64,000 nucleotides of DNA from assembly GCF_006345805.1 (NCBI RefSeq), contig NC_043000.1, positions 4,774,001 to 4,838,000 of the forward strand. Direction: 5' to 3'. Below, in pieces: positions 53,797 through 64,000 of the stretch (its first letter is position 1; every line of letters starts with the position of its first letter). Below the pieces are notes generated by a model. It was not told the origin of the DNA, searched no databases, and saw nothing but the letters and a program-made list of their open reading frames with translations. This DNA is from Octopus sinensis (taxonomy: Eukaryota). A program made the translations under genes and the position numbers.

Positions 53797-54324
53797 TCTA
53801 TATATATAAAACTGTAGTTGTGTGAGTGTCTGTCCCCTTCGATTTAGATTCCTAACTACTCCCACATTTTGCGGTGCAGTTTAACCAAATTCGGGTATCT
53901 TATAGTCGTGATTCATATCGAGCCCGTCTGAGTATTAGCGCGCGTCTACGATGAGTCTACGATTTTAAAAATAATTTAACATCATTTTTTTATTCCATTT
54001 TAATGCATAATTTTTCGTGTGTCGATGGCGGCGGAGTTGGCGTCCATGGTCACACCTGCACCTGTGTTTGCTTCTCCTTCTTCTTCTTCTCCTTCTTCCC
54101 TCCCTCGTGAAGCTGTGGGGAAGGGAGTGTAAGGAAATCAACGTCGTAAAGCGTTGTCAAGGAGACCAGCGTTCTTTTAGAACAACGACTTCATGGCTTG
54201 AAGACACCAAAACAGAAATGGCTAAGAAAGCCCGAATTGGCATCTATAAGGGAAGTAACTCTCTAAAAATGCTTATATAGTTATTTCCCTTACAAACCCG
54301 AGCAACGCCGGGTGATACTGCTAG
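53797..54324 (+). mobile_element. Non-autonomous Helitron
   Basis: A|TCTATATATATAAAA start. Hairpin CCCGAGCAACGCCGGG at 54297-54312, 8 nt before the terminal CTAG (54321-54324)|T. No TSD. Confidence 0.9.
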
Positions 54325-54466
54325 TGAGTAATAAAAGAGAAAAAAAGGCAGGAATAACTAAAGTAAATAAGGGCTGTAATGAGGGCCAACAGTTCAGGCA
54401 CAGCACAAAGAATAAAACACAAAAGAGACAGAAAAGGGAACAGTGAAGGATTCATAAAGAGGAAAG

Positions 54467-54868
54467 GACGCAGGAGTGGCTGTTTGGTAAGTAGCTTGCT
54501 AACCAACCACATGGTTCCGGGTTCAGTCCCACTGCATGGCATCTTGGGCAAGTGTCTTCTGCTATAGCCCCGGGCTGACCAATGCCTTGTGAGTGGATTT
54601 GGTAGACGGAAACTGAAAGAACCTGTCGTATATATGTATATATATATGTACGTGTGTGAATATGTTTGTGTGTCTGTGTTTGTCCCCCTAGCATTGCTTG
54701 ACAACCGATGCTGGTGTGTTTACGTCCCTGTAACTTAGCGGTTCGGCAAAAGAGACCAATAGAATAAGTACTGGGCTTACAAAGAATAAGTCCCGGGGTC
54801 GATTTGCTCGACTAAAGGCGGTGCTCCAGCATGGCCGCAGTCAAATGACTGAAACAAGTAAAAAAAAG
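54467..54868 (+). mobile_element. tRNA-derived SINE family D with an internal microsatellite
   Basis: tggctgtttggtaagtagc..GGTTCAGTCCC head; cttgggcaagtgtctt core; (TA/TG)n; tail cagtcaaatgactgaaacaagtaaaa. Confidence 0.85.
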
Positions 54869-55553
54869 AAGAAAAAAAAGAGAGACACATAGGGAGGTTA
54901 GTGGTAGGGTTGGTGGATTTCTAGAAGGGTGGAATTGAACTTTGAGTGTGCTTACTCCACGGATCTGCTGGTTCTGAGAACACTGTGTAACAAGATTTTA
55001 ATTAATTTTTTTTCTTTGTCTTTCGTTAGAAATTAAAGGAAATGGCTACTATTACATTCAGACTTTGCTTTTGTGACCTGGACATCAATGTTATGAAACT
55101 GACCTATTTCCCATTACATTTCAGACAGATTCAGTGCTGAGTTGCTGAAGCAGAAATATCGTTATACCAAATATTCTGTTCAATACAGCAGGTCTGCTTG
55201 TCAGTGTTTTGACCTTAACCACTTAAGCATGTCCCTTAGTGGCTGACAATATGTGCATTTCTGATCATGAGCTTGAGGACTGGGGAGGCATTATAGCCAT
55301 GTGTTGAGAGGCATTCTTTGGGGTTTGAACAAAAACAAAGTTTGGAGGAAATTTTAGCTATTTTTCATACTTTCCATGAGTAAGCAAATAGAAAATAATA
55401 GTTACAACCCAAAGACAAAAATCATGTTACAAAGAGTAATGAGCTTAACTTCAAGCCAATGAGGGACCCTAAATACTGTTTCTTCTTTTTTTTTCTTTTT
55501 TTCTATGTCTTGGGAGGAAAGATTAGTACTCATGTCCTTTGCAGTGTCTCTAA

Positions 55554-56028
55554 AACCCCTATCTTGCTCAGAACATTGACCTCCTGGAATCTGTCCAGAG
55601 ACGTGCAACCAAATGCATACCCTCCATCAGACACCTACCATATTCTGAGCGCCTTGTTTCCCTGGGCATGGATTCACTGAAGCTCCGGCGTCTGGCGACG
55701 GACTTGGTAAACACCCACAAAGTTATCAACCACCTCACCAACAACAACACTGAACACCTTTTTGATCTCCATGTGTCTAACACACGTGGACATGCCTACA
55801 AAGTCAGAAAACAACACAGCTCCCATGACTTTCGGAAACATTTTTTCACGCACAGAGTTGCTGAAGCATGGAATAAACTGCCTGCGTCAGTTGTTGACTG
55901 CCATGACACTGCATCCTTTAAGGCCCTCATGCTTTCCGAAATCCGCCGAAACTACACCTGATTATATATACACTTTAGATGAGTTGTAGTGCACCTGAGC
56001 ACTGTACACAATTATTATTATTATTATA
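55554..56028 (+). mobile_element. CR1-type LINE 3' fragment with (ATT)n tail
   Basis: LLESVQRRATK, YSERLVSLGMDSLKLRR, NTRGHAYKVRK and RKHFFTHRVAEAWNKLP. Confidence 0.9.
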
Positions 56029-56039
56029 AAATGATACTC

Positions 56040-56385
56040 ATGCTGTTAGCTTTCTACTTCAACTGTTGCAGATCAATGTCTGCAAGAAAGATATGAGCAG
56101 GAAGGGATTTCCAGAAGGCCGATATTCTAGGGAGGACGGACAGAGTTTAGTGGTGGTTAGTGAAGAGCTTGGCAGTGGTGGTGGTGGAGTGACAACCTTA
56201 ACATGGATGATGAGAGGAAGAGAGGCAAGTGAGTCAGGAGTGTCTGTGTGGAAGAGATATGAGATCAACCAACAGCAAGTTGCACAGGCCATTGTAGTAG
56301 CAGTAGAGAATGAAGACAGCACGGCTGTGGGCCAAAGGTTGGAACACATCTGTGAGTTTGTTGCTTGACCTGCTAGAGATAGCAG
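56040..56385 (-). mobile_element. Old L2/Jockey-group LINE 3' fragment
   Basis: Degenerate QPLAHSR..FILYCYYNGLC ... PRISAFWKSLPAHIF..DIDLQQLK. Confidence 0.55.
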
Positions 56386-56504
56386 CCAAATCTCCCTTAT
56401 ATCACACCTTACTAGTGTAATTTTTTCATAACATTGGCCTAACCATTGGAAGGATTTAAAAAATAACATTTTTCTCATTTATTGATATAAATCAAAATCG
56501 AATT

Positions 56505-56838
56505 GAACCAGCCAGGATCCCTGGTCTGGTGGTACGTAAAAAGCACTATTCGACTCGTGGCCGATGCCAGCACCGCCTCGACTGGCTTCCGTGCCGGTAG
56601 CACGTAAAATACACCAATCCAACCATGGCCGTTGCCAGCCTCACCTGGCACCTGTGCAGGTGGCACGTAAAAAGCACCCACTACACTCACGGAGTGGTTG
56701 GCGTTAGGAAGGGCATCTAGCTGTAGAAACATTGCCAGATAAGACTGGAGCCTGGTGCAGCCTCCTGGCTTCCCAGATCCCCGGTCGAACCGTCCAACCC
56801 ATGCTAGCATGGAGAACGGACGTTAAACAATGATGATG
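56505..56838 (+). mobile_element. RTE 3'-UTR copy (family C)
   Basis: Near-identical to 7890-8232. Confidence 0.85.
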
Positions 56839-57370
56839 ATTGATATATTGGAAGGTGGCATGCTGGACATAATGCTTAGCAGCTTTTCATCAAATATCTA
56901 TGTTCTGAGTTCAAATTCTGCCAAGATCGACTTTGCCTTTTATCCTTAAAAAATTGATAGAATTAAATACCAGTTGAAAACTAGGGTCAATGTAATTGAC
57001 TTACCCCTCCTCCAAAATTGCTGGCCTCGTGCCAAAATTTGAAACCAATATAATAAGCTAGTTGTTAGAATATAGTTTAACAGGAAGATTGCTGTGTAAA
57101 ATTATAAAGCAGAGGCTGAGTTTTAAACAGTTGCCAAAGAACAAGGGTTGGCATGCAGGGGTGGTCATATCTGGAATGTTTTTTGTCACATGTCTGCAAC
57201 ATCACAAATTTACCCACCAGTAACCAACATCAGTTATCTTCTCTTTTCTACTTAAAAAAAAAAAATTCAATCATATATTTTTGGTAATTTTTATGTGTTT
57301 TTCAGTGTTAGCATGGATTATTTACATTGTTTACATTTGATGGATATTTGTCCTCATCTCGTTTGTTGCT

Positions 57371-57416
57371 AACACAACGTTTCAGCTGATATACCCTCCA
57401 GCCTTCATCAGGTGTC
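57371..57416 (-). ncRNA. Minimal type-I hammerhead ribozyme (Penelope-type), inverted partner copy
   Basis: Minus strand GACAC CTGATGA A GGCTG GAGGGTATAT CAGCT GAA ACGT T GTGTT. Stem I is fully paired and the core is intact. Confidence 0.7.
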
Positions 57417-57477
57417 TTGGGGAAATTTCAAACTTGGGTTTTCATTCCTAAGCTATTTTTTGATGTAGTTGTTGTTG

Positions 57478-57523
<46 letters not shown>

Positions 57524-57627
57524 TATTATTACTATTATTATTATTATTCAGGTCACTGCCTGGAATCGAACTCAGAATCTTGGGGTTAGTAGCCCACGCT
57601 CTTAACCACTATGCTAGTGCCCTGAAC

Positions 57628-57664
<37 letters not shown>

Positions 57665-57711
57665 TCGAAAAATACCTTAGGAATGAGAACCCAGGATCAA
57701 AATTTCCCCAA

Positions 57712-57757
57712 GACACCTGATGAAGGCTGGAGGGTATATCAGCCGAAACGTTGTGCT
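57712..57757 (+). ncRNA. Minimal type-I hammerhead ribozyme (Penelope-type)
   Basis: GACAC (stem I) - CTGATGA - A - GGCTG/loop/CAGCC (stem II) - GAA - ACGT (palindromic stem III) - T (cleavage site) - GTGCT (stem I', one mismatch). Confidence 0.7.
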
Positions 57758-58044
57758 AACAACAAACAAGATGAGGACAAATATCCGTCAAATGTAAACA
57801 ATGTAAATAATGTACATAATTCTTCATCTCTTAAATATAGAACTGTAGTTTGGGTTAAATGAATATATTTTTGAGACTGTTTTATATCTGGATGCCCAAC
57901 CTGTCATTAATCTTAACCAGTTTATTGAATGAGATATCTCTGAGGTAAATAGAAGACAACTTTCTCTGTCAAAATAAATGTGATGATTACACACTACACA
58001 CCTTTCTTCCAAGCACTACTGTAAACGGTGGAAGTGAATTCATC

Positions 58045-58290
58045 ATCATCATCATCATCGTTTAACGTCCGTTCTCCATGCTACCGGGGGTCTGGGAAGC
58101 CAGAAGGTTGCACCAGGCTCCAGTCTTATCTGGCAATGTTTCTACAGCTGGATGCCCTTCCTAACGCCAACCACTCCGTGAGTGTAGTGGGTGCTTTTTA
58201 CGTGTCACCCACACAGGTGCCAGGCGAGGCTGGCAACGGCCACGGTCGGATTGGTGCATTTTACGTGCCACCGGCACGGAAGCCAGTCGT
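58045..58290 (-). mobile_element. RTE 3'-UTR copy (family C)
   Basis: Same consensus, with a short internal deletion. Confidence 0.8.
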
Positions 58291-58398
58291 GCGCATACAC
58301 AGCAGAGTTCAAGGTCAACCTGTGCCAAGCAGCATCCCACTGTGTGCTTTAGCTTCATTACTATGGCAACAGTCTGGATACTTTTTGATCAGACCTTG
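58290..58398 (-). mobile_element. Mariner-type terminal fragment
   Basis: Minus strand TA-CAAGGTCTGATCAAAAAGTATCCAGACTG resembles mariner TIRs. No partner end seen. Confidence 0.4.
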
Positions 58399-58407
58399 TA
58401 TATGGAT

Positions 58408-58533
<126 letters not shown>

Positions 58534-59602
58534 TTGTGTGAGCATGTGTGTTTGTGAATGTGCATGACTGTTAACATTCCTCATTTGTCCCTACTTGAGT
58601 GAAACGGTGATTATGTTGATATTACGACTAGTTATTCTGTGTTTCCCGAAACATCTGAAATAAAACTCCCTTGCTTAAAAAATAGGTAATTGTTGGTAAT
58701 AAGAAGAGTATGAAACCCAAATATCCTGCCTCAGTCAGCACCCCATCTAACCCATGCTAACATGAAAAAGCAGACAAAGAAAAAAAATATGCTATATGTA
58801 TTTGTGTGTTGGGAGTGGGGTAGCTGGTAACCAGGGTAGTGGTGTTTCTTAGTCCAGACTCAACCTTGGCAATGCAGACATGTGAAGAACCCCCTTTGGT
58901 CATGAATGACCATGGGATTGCACCTAGAAAGTTCCCCTCCAAGGCACAAGTCCAAGCAAAGTTGTCTTTTACGGAAGACCAGCAGTCGCCCATGCATACC
59001 AGCCTCCTCTCTCCACGCCACCGATGTTATCCAGGGGAAAGGCAAAGGCTGATCAATACAGCTTGGCACCAGTGACGTCGCAACTCATTTCTACAGTTGA
59101 GTGAATTGGAGCAATGTGAAATAAAGTGTCTTGCTCAAGAACACAATACACAGCCCAGTCTGGGAATCGAACTCACTACCTCATGATTGTGAGCCCAATG
59201 CTCTAAACACTGAGCCATGTGCCTGCAGGCAGAAAAACCAGCATATTTCAACCATAACCATACCCCTCCTTCTCTCAGACACTGCACATCTAGGACTACA
59301 TTACAAGACAATAAAATGAACTTTGAAAAGATTTAGTAACTATTTCTAGCAGGGTAAGTGACTTTTAGAGATTACGTTGTTTACTCAAGGCATCTTAGTG
59401 CTGCTTGTGTGAGTGTCTTGTATTAGTATTCTGTGAGCATGGACATAAAATTCTAGTAAATAGCACCAAAGTTATTATTACTTCTTGGTACTTGTAATAT
59501 TGATTTCCTAATTAGCCAAAACTTCAAACAAAAAGAGATGGAAAAAGAAATGAAAGAAAAAGAAGGATTTCATTAACCAACCTTGTTTGGTAAAAATCTT
59601 CC

Positions 59603-60847
59603 TCACACATCAATATAAGAAGTTAGGTATTCAATAAGCCGACTTGGGAGAGGTAAATGTTTGACATCCTTTAATGAAACTAAATGGAGAATCCTTCGGC
59701 GACATAAATATTGTAAGTTGAGGTGAACGATAGGCAGTTTATATGTGAAGACCTGCCGTTTGTAAGGTAAGTTTTTCATAACAGCAATGCAAGCTTCACT
59801 GGGTGAGAAACGGGGAAATACTTGTAGGTTAACTACATCTGAAAATGGCCAGTAACAACCTTTTACATCGATAGTCATCAGCAATTCGAGCTTGTGATAG
59901 TCTATTACTCCAACAACATTTACTTTGTATTCTTTTGTATGGACAGGATGGACACAGCGTACTGCAAGGAAATCTCCTGACTGACTGGAGCGAATTTGTT
60001 GAATACCTGCTCGTAATAAAAGTCCCTCGACAGATTTTACAATTTCTCCAGATTCAATATGTTGTACCTGGATACACCGGCACCAGCTCACAACAATGCA
60101 ATTGTCCCCAGCCTGGGCATTAAAAGTAAGTACCTTGGCACGAAGTGATGGTGACACAGTACTTATAGTAACGTCATTTGAAGGGTGAACTCTCATTTTG
60201 CGTAGAAAATAATTGTCTGGCATTACAAGAACACGAGTGGTATGGTCTGGTCGCAACAGAATCCTTTTCTTTTTTGGCGATATGTAGCATTCATACCAGC
60301 GCCGAAGATAGTAAGCAATGCTGAAATCAGCTAGCGCCAACTGATGGGTTAAATCCAATACATAGAATACAGCCATGAGATCTTCTCGGGATGGGTTCAG
60401 TTGAAGTACAGCTAAGTTGTCATGGTAACTAATAATACAAGCCTCTTTGAACATGACAGGCAAAGAATCCCAGCAGCGGACTGGCATAGTGGTTGTAGCA
60501 GTGGTAAATGGATTTAGCCCATTGATAACTACAGAGTTTGTACAAGAGGCAGTTTTGTTGGAGACTACAGCTTCAAACATTGAAGGTAACTTCACACTGA
60601 AATGCTGACCATCTGTGTTATCAGGTTTAACAAGAATACCATTCCGTCGATGTGGATCTCTGGAACTGCTGAAGTTAGTCTTGTCAGTGAAGCCACTAAC
60701 ATTTTTAACACCCTGTAGCCATTTGGTATAAGAGCAGGACCACACCAGCTCTCCACTGTTTGTTTTGAACAAATGTTCAAACGAATCCCGATTGCTAAGT
60801 TGGCTAACTTTCAGGGAGGGATTGTGATGGCTGTAACAACTTCCCAT
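59603..60847 (-). CDS. SOCS-box protein (414 aa); probable beta-propeller-like substrate receptor of an Elongin BC-Cullin5 E3 ligase, with an N-terminal myristoylation/palmitoylation motif
   Basis: Uninterrupted 1245-nt ORF in non-repetitive sequence. ATG at 60847 in a strong Kozak context (actgccATGG); the track's start at 60883 is a non-ATG extension. C-terminus NLQYLCRRRILHLV..VKHLPLPSRLIEYL matches a BC-box plus LPxP Cul5 box. N-terminus MGSCYS. Good splice acceptor (ttttgtatattttgcag) 59 nt upstream of the ATG. Confidence 0.85.
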   Translation of the reverse strand: MGSCYSHHNPSLKVSQLSNRDSFEHLFKTNSGELVWSCSYTKWLQGVKNVSGFTDKTNFSSSRDPHRRNGILVKPDNTDGQHFSVKLPSMFEAVVSNKTASCTNSVVINGLNPFTTATTTMPVRCWDSLPVMFKEACIISYHDNLAVLQLNPSREDLMAVFYVLDLTHQLALADFSIAYYLRRWYECYISPKKKRILLRPDHTTRVLVMPDNYFLRKMRVHPSNDVTISTVSPSLRAKVLTFNAQAGDNCIVVSWCRCIQVQHIESGEIVKSVEGLLLRAGIQQIRSSQSGDFLAVRCVHPVHTKEYKVNVVGVIDYHKLELLMTIDVKGCYWPFSDVVNLQVFPRFSPSEACIAVMKNLPYKRQVFTYKLPIVHLNLQYLCRRRILHLVSLKDVKHLPLPSRLIEYLTSYIDV

Positions 60848-60906
60848 GGCAGTGTTTTGAAGGCAGGAACGGTAAGGTAACAAATTACCTTTTATTTGTC
60901 AGAAAC
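60848..60906 (-). other. 5' UTR part of the coding exon, downstream of a 3' splice acceptor
   Basis: Minus strand reads attattttttttgtatattttgcAG|gtttctgac, with the exon starting at 60906 and no ATG before 60847. Confidence 0.6.
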
Positions 60907-61199
60907 CTGCAAAATATACAAAAAAATAATTGTGAAAATAATAAAGGTACTGGTTCATCATCTTTAGTCTACATTATTTATAGAAGAGAAGACAAGTCAA
61001 TAATATTTTTCTTCTCTTTGATAGTTTACAAATGCTTGCAGGAAAAAAATGGTGAGAAAAGTATATTAAAATATGAATACAAAGACAATTTCTTTACGAA
61101 TGCAGAGCTGCTGTTAGAGCAGCAGAAACATTGGGTAAATTACCCTTACAAAGCAGAAAAATTAGTCAACAAACAGCTATGGGACTCAAACCCATATCT

Positions 61200-61640
61200 C
61201 TCGATATGACTCCGGCTAAGTGTGTAGTGATGCTACTGTGTAGGGTTCAGTGCGCATGCGCAGAATGGGACTACTTCCGGGTGGCCACCGGAAGTCTTCC
61301 CCATGCGCATGTGCGGGAAACGTTCCCTTAGGCCCGCCAAACTCAAATCCTCCTCTCTGGCAAGTCAGCCAACGCGATCGGACGTACATTTCGCAGGTTC
61401 TGATAACCTCACCGACTTAGCTGCCAATGACCATCGAACCTCTTCAACAAAAGAACAAGAAGCTGTACATCAGAGGCTGTCCTTCTCCCATCAGACACAC
61501 GTACGCCATCGCAACAAATAAACGAACTGCTGTCTTTTACCTACAACCTGACTTCGTCTGTATTGTCTTACTAACATTGTATGTGACTGGATCGGATCGA
61601 CACCCTTTCAGTGAATCGATAACAGATCCTGTTACAAGTG
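61200..61640. promoter_or_regulatory. CpG-rich promoter, probably bidirectional, with NRF1, ETS and E2F motifs
   Basis: Local CpG/GC enrichment in an AT-rich window. TGCGCATGCGCA at 61251-61262. Inverted CCGGAAGT pair at 61273-61295. TGCGCATGTGCG at 61304-61315. GCGGGAAA at 61313-61320. A YY1-like gcgATGGCG on the minus strand near 61505. Confidence 0.75.
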
Positions 61641-61711
61641 CTTTACAATTAAGCTAAATTACCTACTAACAAATTAATTCACTTTTTAGACACTTAAAGC
61701 TAAATATGAAA

Positions 61712-61999
61712 CCACATGTATATAAATATAAACAAACTAACATTTGTTTTTTATAAGTGCCAAAATGTGTCTATTAAAATACAAATAAGACGATAATCTA
61801 TTTTTCATGTGCAGAAATACCATTAGTACTGCAGGAACATTGGGTCAATTACCCTTACCGCAATTTACCCAATGTTTCTACTGTTCTAACAGCATCTCTG
61901 CATTCAAAAATAAATTATCCTTTTATTTGTATTTTAACATATGCATATTGGCGCTTATAAAAAACAAATGTTAGTCTATTTATATTTGCATACATGTGA
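61712..61999. mobile_element. Fully palindromic MITE (about 290 bp); half-copy at 61063-61149
   Basis: Arms pair along their whole length around the loop acccttaccgc near 61856. A related left arm lies at 61063-61149. Confidence 0.7.
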
Positions 62000-62859
62000 G
62001 AGAAAAGTAATTCATATAAAAATAACAGGAACCATATTCCTGATATAGGTAGTTGTCATCATAACTAGTAAAAAGGATGGGAGAGAGGAATACTCAACCA
62101 CTTTTTTTTTCTTTTAACACATCCTGTTTGCATATTAGCCTGCATATTGAGAGTGTACTGAAGTTTCTATCTTTAATAATAATAATAATAATAATAATAA
62201 AGTTCCAAAAGGTTATGTGCACTTCCCTTCCTCCTCTAGCTGAACTACATAAAAATATAAAAATATTTTTTAAAAAATTAAAAACAATAACTTCATCTTT
62301 GTGTAATCTGTCAGTGATAATCTGGTCTTGTAAAACACTTTTACCACCACACCACCACGATCCCTACAATTGCTACTGCTGTTGTTGCCAAGGCCGCCAA
62401 CAGCACCACCACCACCACTACTTTACATCTATTTTCTATGTAGGCATGGATTGGATGGACTGTTTACAATCTGAGTCAATTCTTATCCTGGGTTACTACT
62501 TTTGTAGAGGACCACATCTCACTTGGACATTCTACCACCAATAAGAAATCCTGGGAATGAAGAGTAAATGAAATGAACAAATGATGCATCTGGGAATTGA
62601 ACTCATGTCAGAAACAACATGCTGAGAGCTTTACAACCATTTCTTGGCAATAACACATAGAGAGTGAAAGAGGAAACAAAAGAGCAGCAAGGAAAAAATT
62701 TCATGTCTGTGTTGTTGCTGAATCAACATCTTCCATTCCATTGTGTTTACCAAAATACATTCACAAATTAATTTGTGCTTATCCTTACCTATGGCCATGA
62801 ATGTTGGGTAATGACCAAAAGAGTACAATCATGAATACTAGCAGCAAAATTGGGGCTCT

Positions 62860-63200
62860 GTACAAAGGATCTCTAGAGTGGACATTACTGGACATAGTAC
62901 ATAATTCAGAGATCAGGAAGTCTCTCCAGGTCAAATTACCCTTTCTCTGCATTCAGAGATTACAGCTCTTGTACAGTGGACATGTGATTAGAATGTCACA
63001 GGTAAGAATTGCTAAACACATTCTTCAAGTCAAGCCAACCATTAGGAGACCTAGAGGTAGACTAAGAATGAGATGGTTGGGTAATATCCATAGTTTCAGT
63101 TAATCATGCTTGGCAAAGCTACCAAAAAGTGCAATGATGGTTGCTTCTGCTGGGACCCTATGGAGACCCTACTCACATGAACCTCCCAGAAATAGTGGAT
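62860..63200 (+). mobile_element. Old RTE LINE C-terminal fragment
   Basis: NSEIRKSL..QLLYSGHVIRM..RIAKHIL..RRPRGRLRMRW. Confidence 0.7.
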
Positions 63201-64000
63201 GGAGAAAATGGCTGGATGAATGGATGGATGGATGGAAATAAATTTTCTATGTAGAACATTTTGAAACCATCCACTTGCTTAAATCTGTGTTTTTCATCTT
63301 TTTCCTTAATGGTTTGATTGGAGGATGAGGAACAGGGTCCATGAACATTTTCAGGGCATCAGGGAGGGATTTATATTCAGACCTGAGACCTGGTTCAAAT
63401 GCTGTACAGTGTGGTCAAACACCAAATAATAAGGGTGCAAAGCAAACCTCATAACCACACAACCATATTAATGTATGAACAAAAATGAGTCAGGAAAAAA
63501 GGGTTAAAAAGAAGAGTTAAGAATTAGAAATAAAAATGGAACAAAAAATAAATTTTTTTTTTTACCTGTCATTAGAAAATACCACAGTGATGAAAGGAAC
63601 AGGCCATAGTGTCATTTGAGATCTCCAATGAGGGAACACATCTTATATGGTCTATGTCTGAAAAATAGATTTAAATAAATGAATATATAAATATATAAAT
63701 AACAGATATTTGTTTGGTTAGTTCTAGACTATTTTATTTATTTTTGTATGTTTAACATACAGTGTTTCAATAGCTCTCTCTCTCTCTCTCTCTCTCTCCA
63801 GAGATTTAGGGAGATCTCTCTCTCACCAACATTCTCCAACCAATGGACTTCAGAAGTGCTGTCTCTGTATTCTGTCCTTTTGATTGCAACAACAATGGCC
63901 CCTGCTCCTTAGAACTAGTTAGCTAGCAATATACCACATTATATCTTACTGAAAGGAGAGGCATTTAGTAATGAGCAGACTTTATAAGCAACACAGCAAT

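Larger units (their letters stand above)
57317..57847. mobile_element. tRNA-headed SINE-like element with a hammerhead-containing Penelope-like tail, in inverted-duplicated form
   Basis: Left arm (minus): tRNA-like head at 57550-57624 (A box TAGCATAGTGG, GGG-CTACTAA-CCC arm, B box GAGTTCGATTCC), then (AAT)n, then the tail. Right arm (plus, 57625-57847): (AAT)n plus the complete tail ending ttaaatatagaactgta. Confidence 0.75.

Noticed and set aside
61303-61657. Plus-strand ORFs of 72 and 76 aa in the CpG island
   Set aside because: No recognisable domain; expected by chance in GC-richer sequence. A first exon here is possible but unsupported.

Overview
AT-rich animal genomic DNA, very dense in microsatellites and interspersed repeats. 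The repeat families look like those of Octopus; this is inferred from recall, not from a database hit. Only one protein-coding gene is well supported: a minus-strand, single-coding-exon 414-aa protein (59603-60847) with an N-terminal MGxCxS lipidation motif, a beta-rich middle and a C-terminal SOCS box. It sits next to a compact CpG-rich promoter (about 61200-61640) with a mirror-symmetric NRF1-ETS-ETS-NRF1 motif layout. The rest is mostly mobile DNA: at least four tRNA-headed SINE families built from shared modules; many 5'-truncated RTE 3' ends; CR1/L2 fragments; a truncated R4/Dong-like RLE retrotransposon; three decayed Tc1/mariner elements (mariner, DD36E, DD37D); hAT and piggyBac-type MITEs; several foldback elements; and two inverted non-autonomous Helitrons. 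The most unusual signal is a tRNA-headed SINE-like element whose tail carries a Penelope-type minimal hammerhead ribozyme. It occurs twice as an inverted (palindromic) insertion, at 42.7 kb and 57.3-57.8 kb. Nearly all short ORFs in the supplied track are microsatellite or repeat artefacts. A few isolated minus-strand splice-site-bounded segments may be exons of an unidentified long gene.
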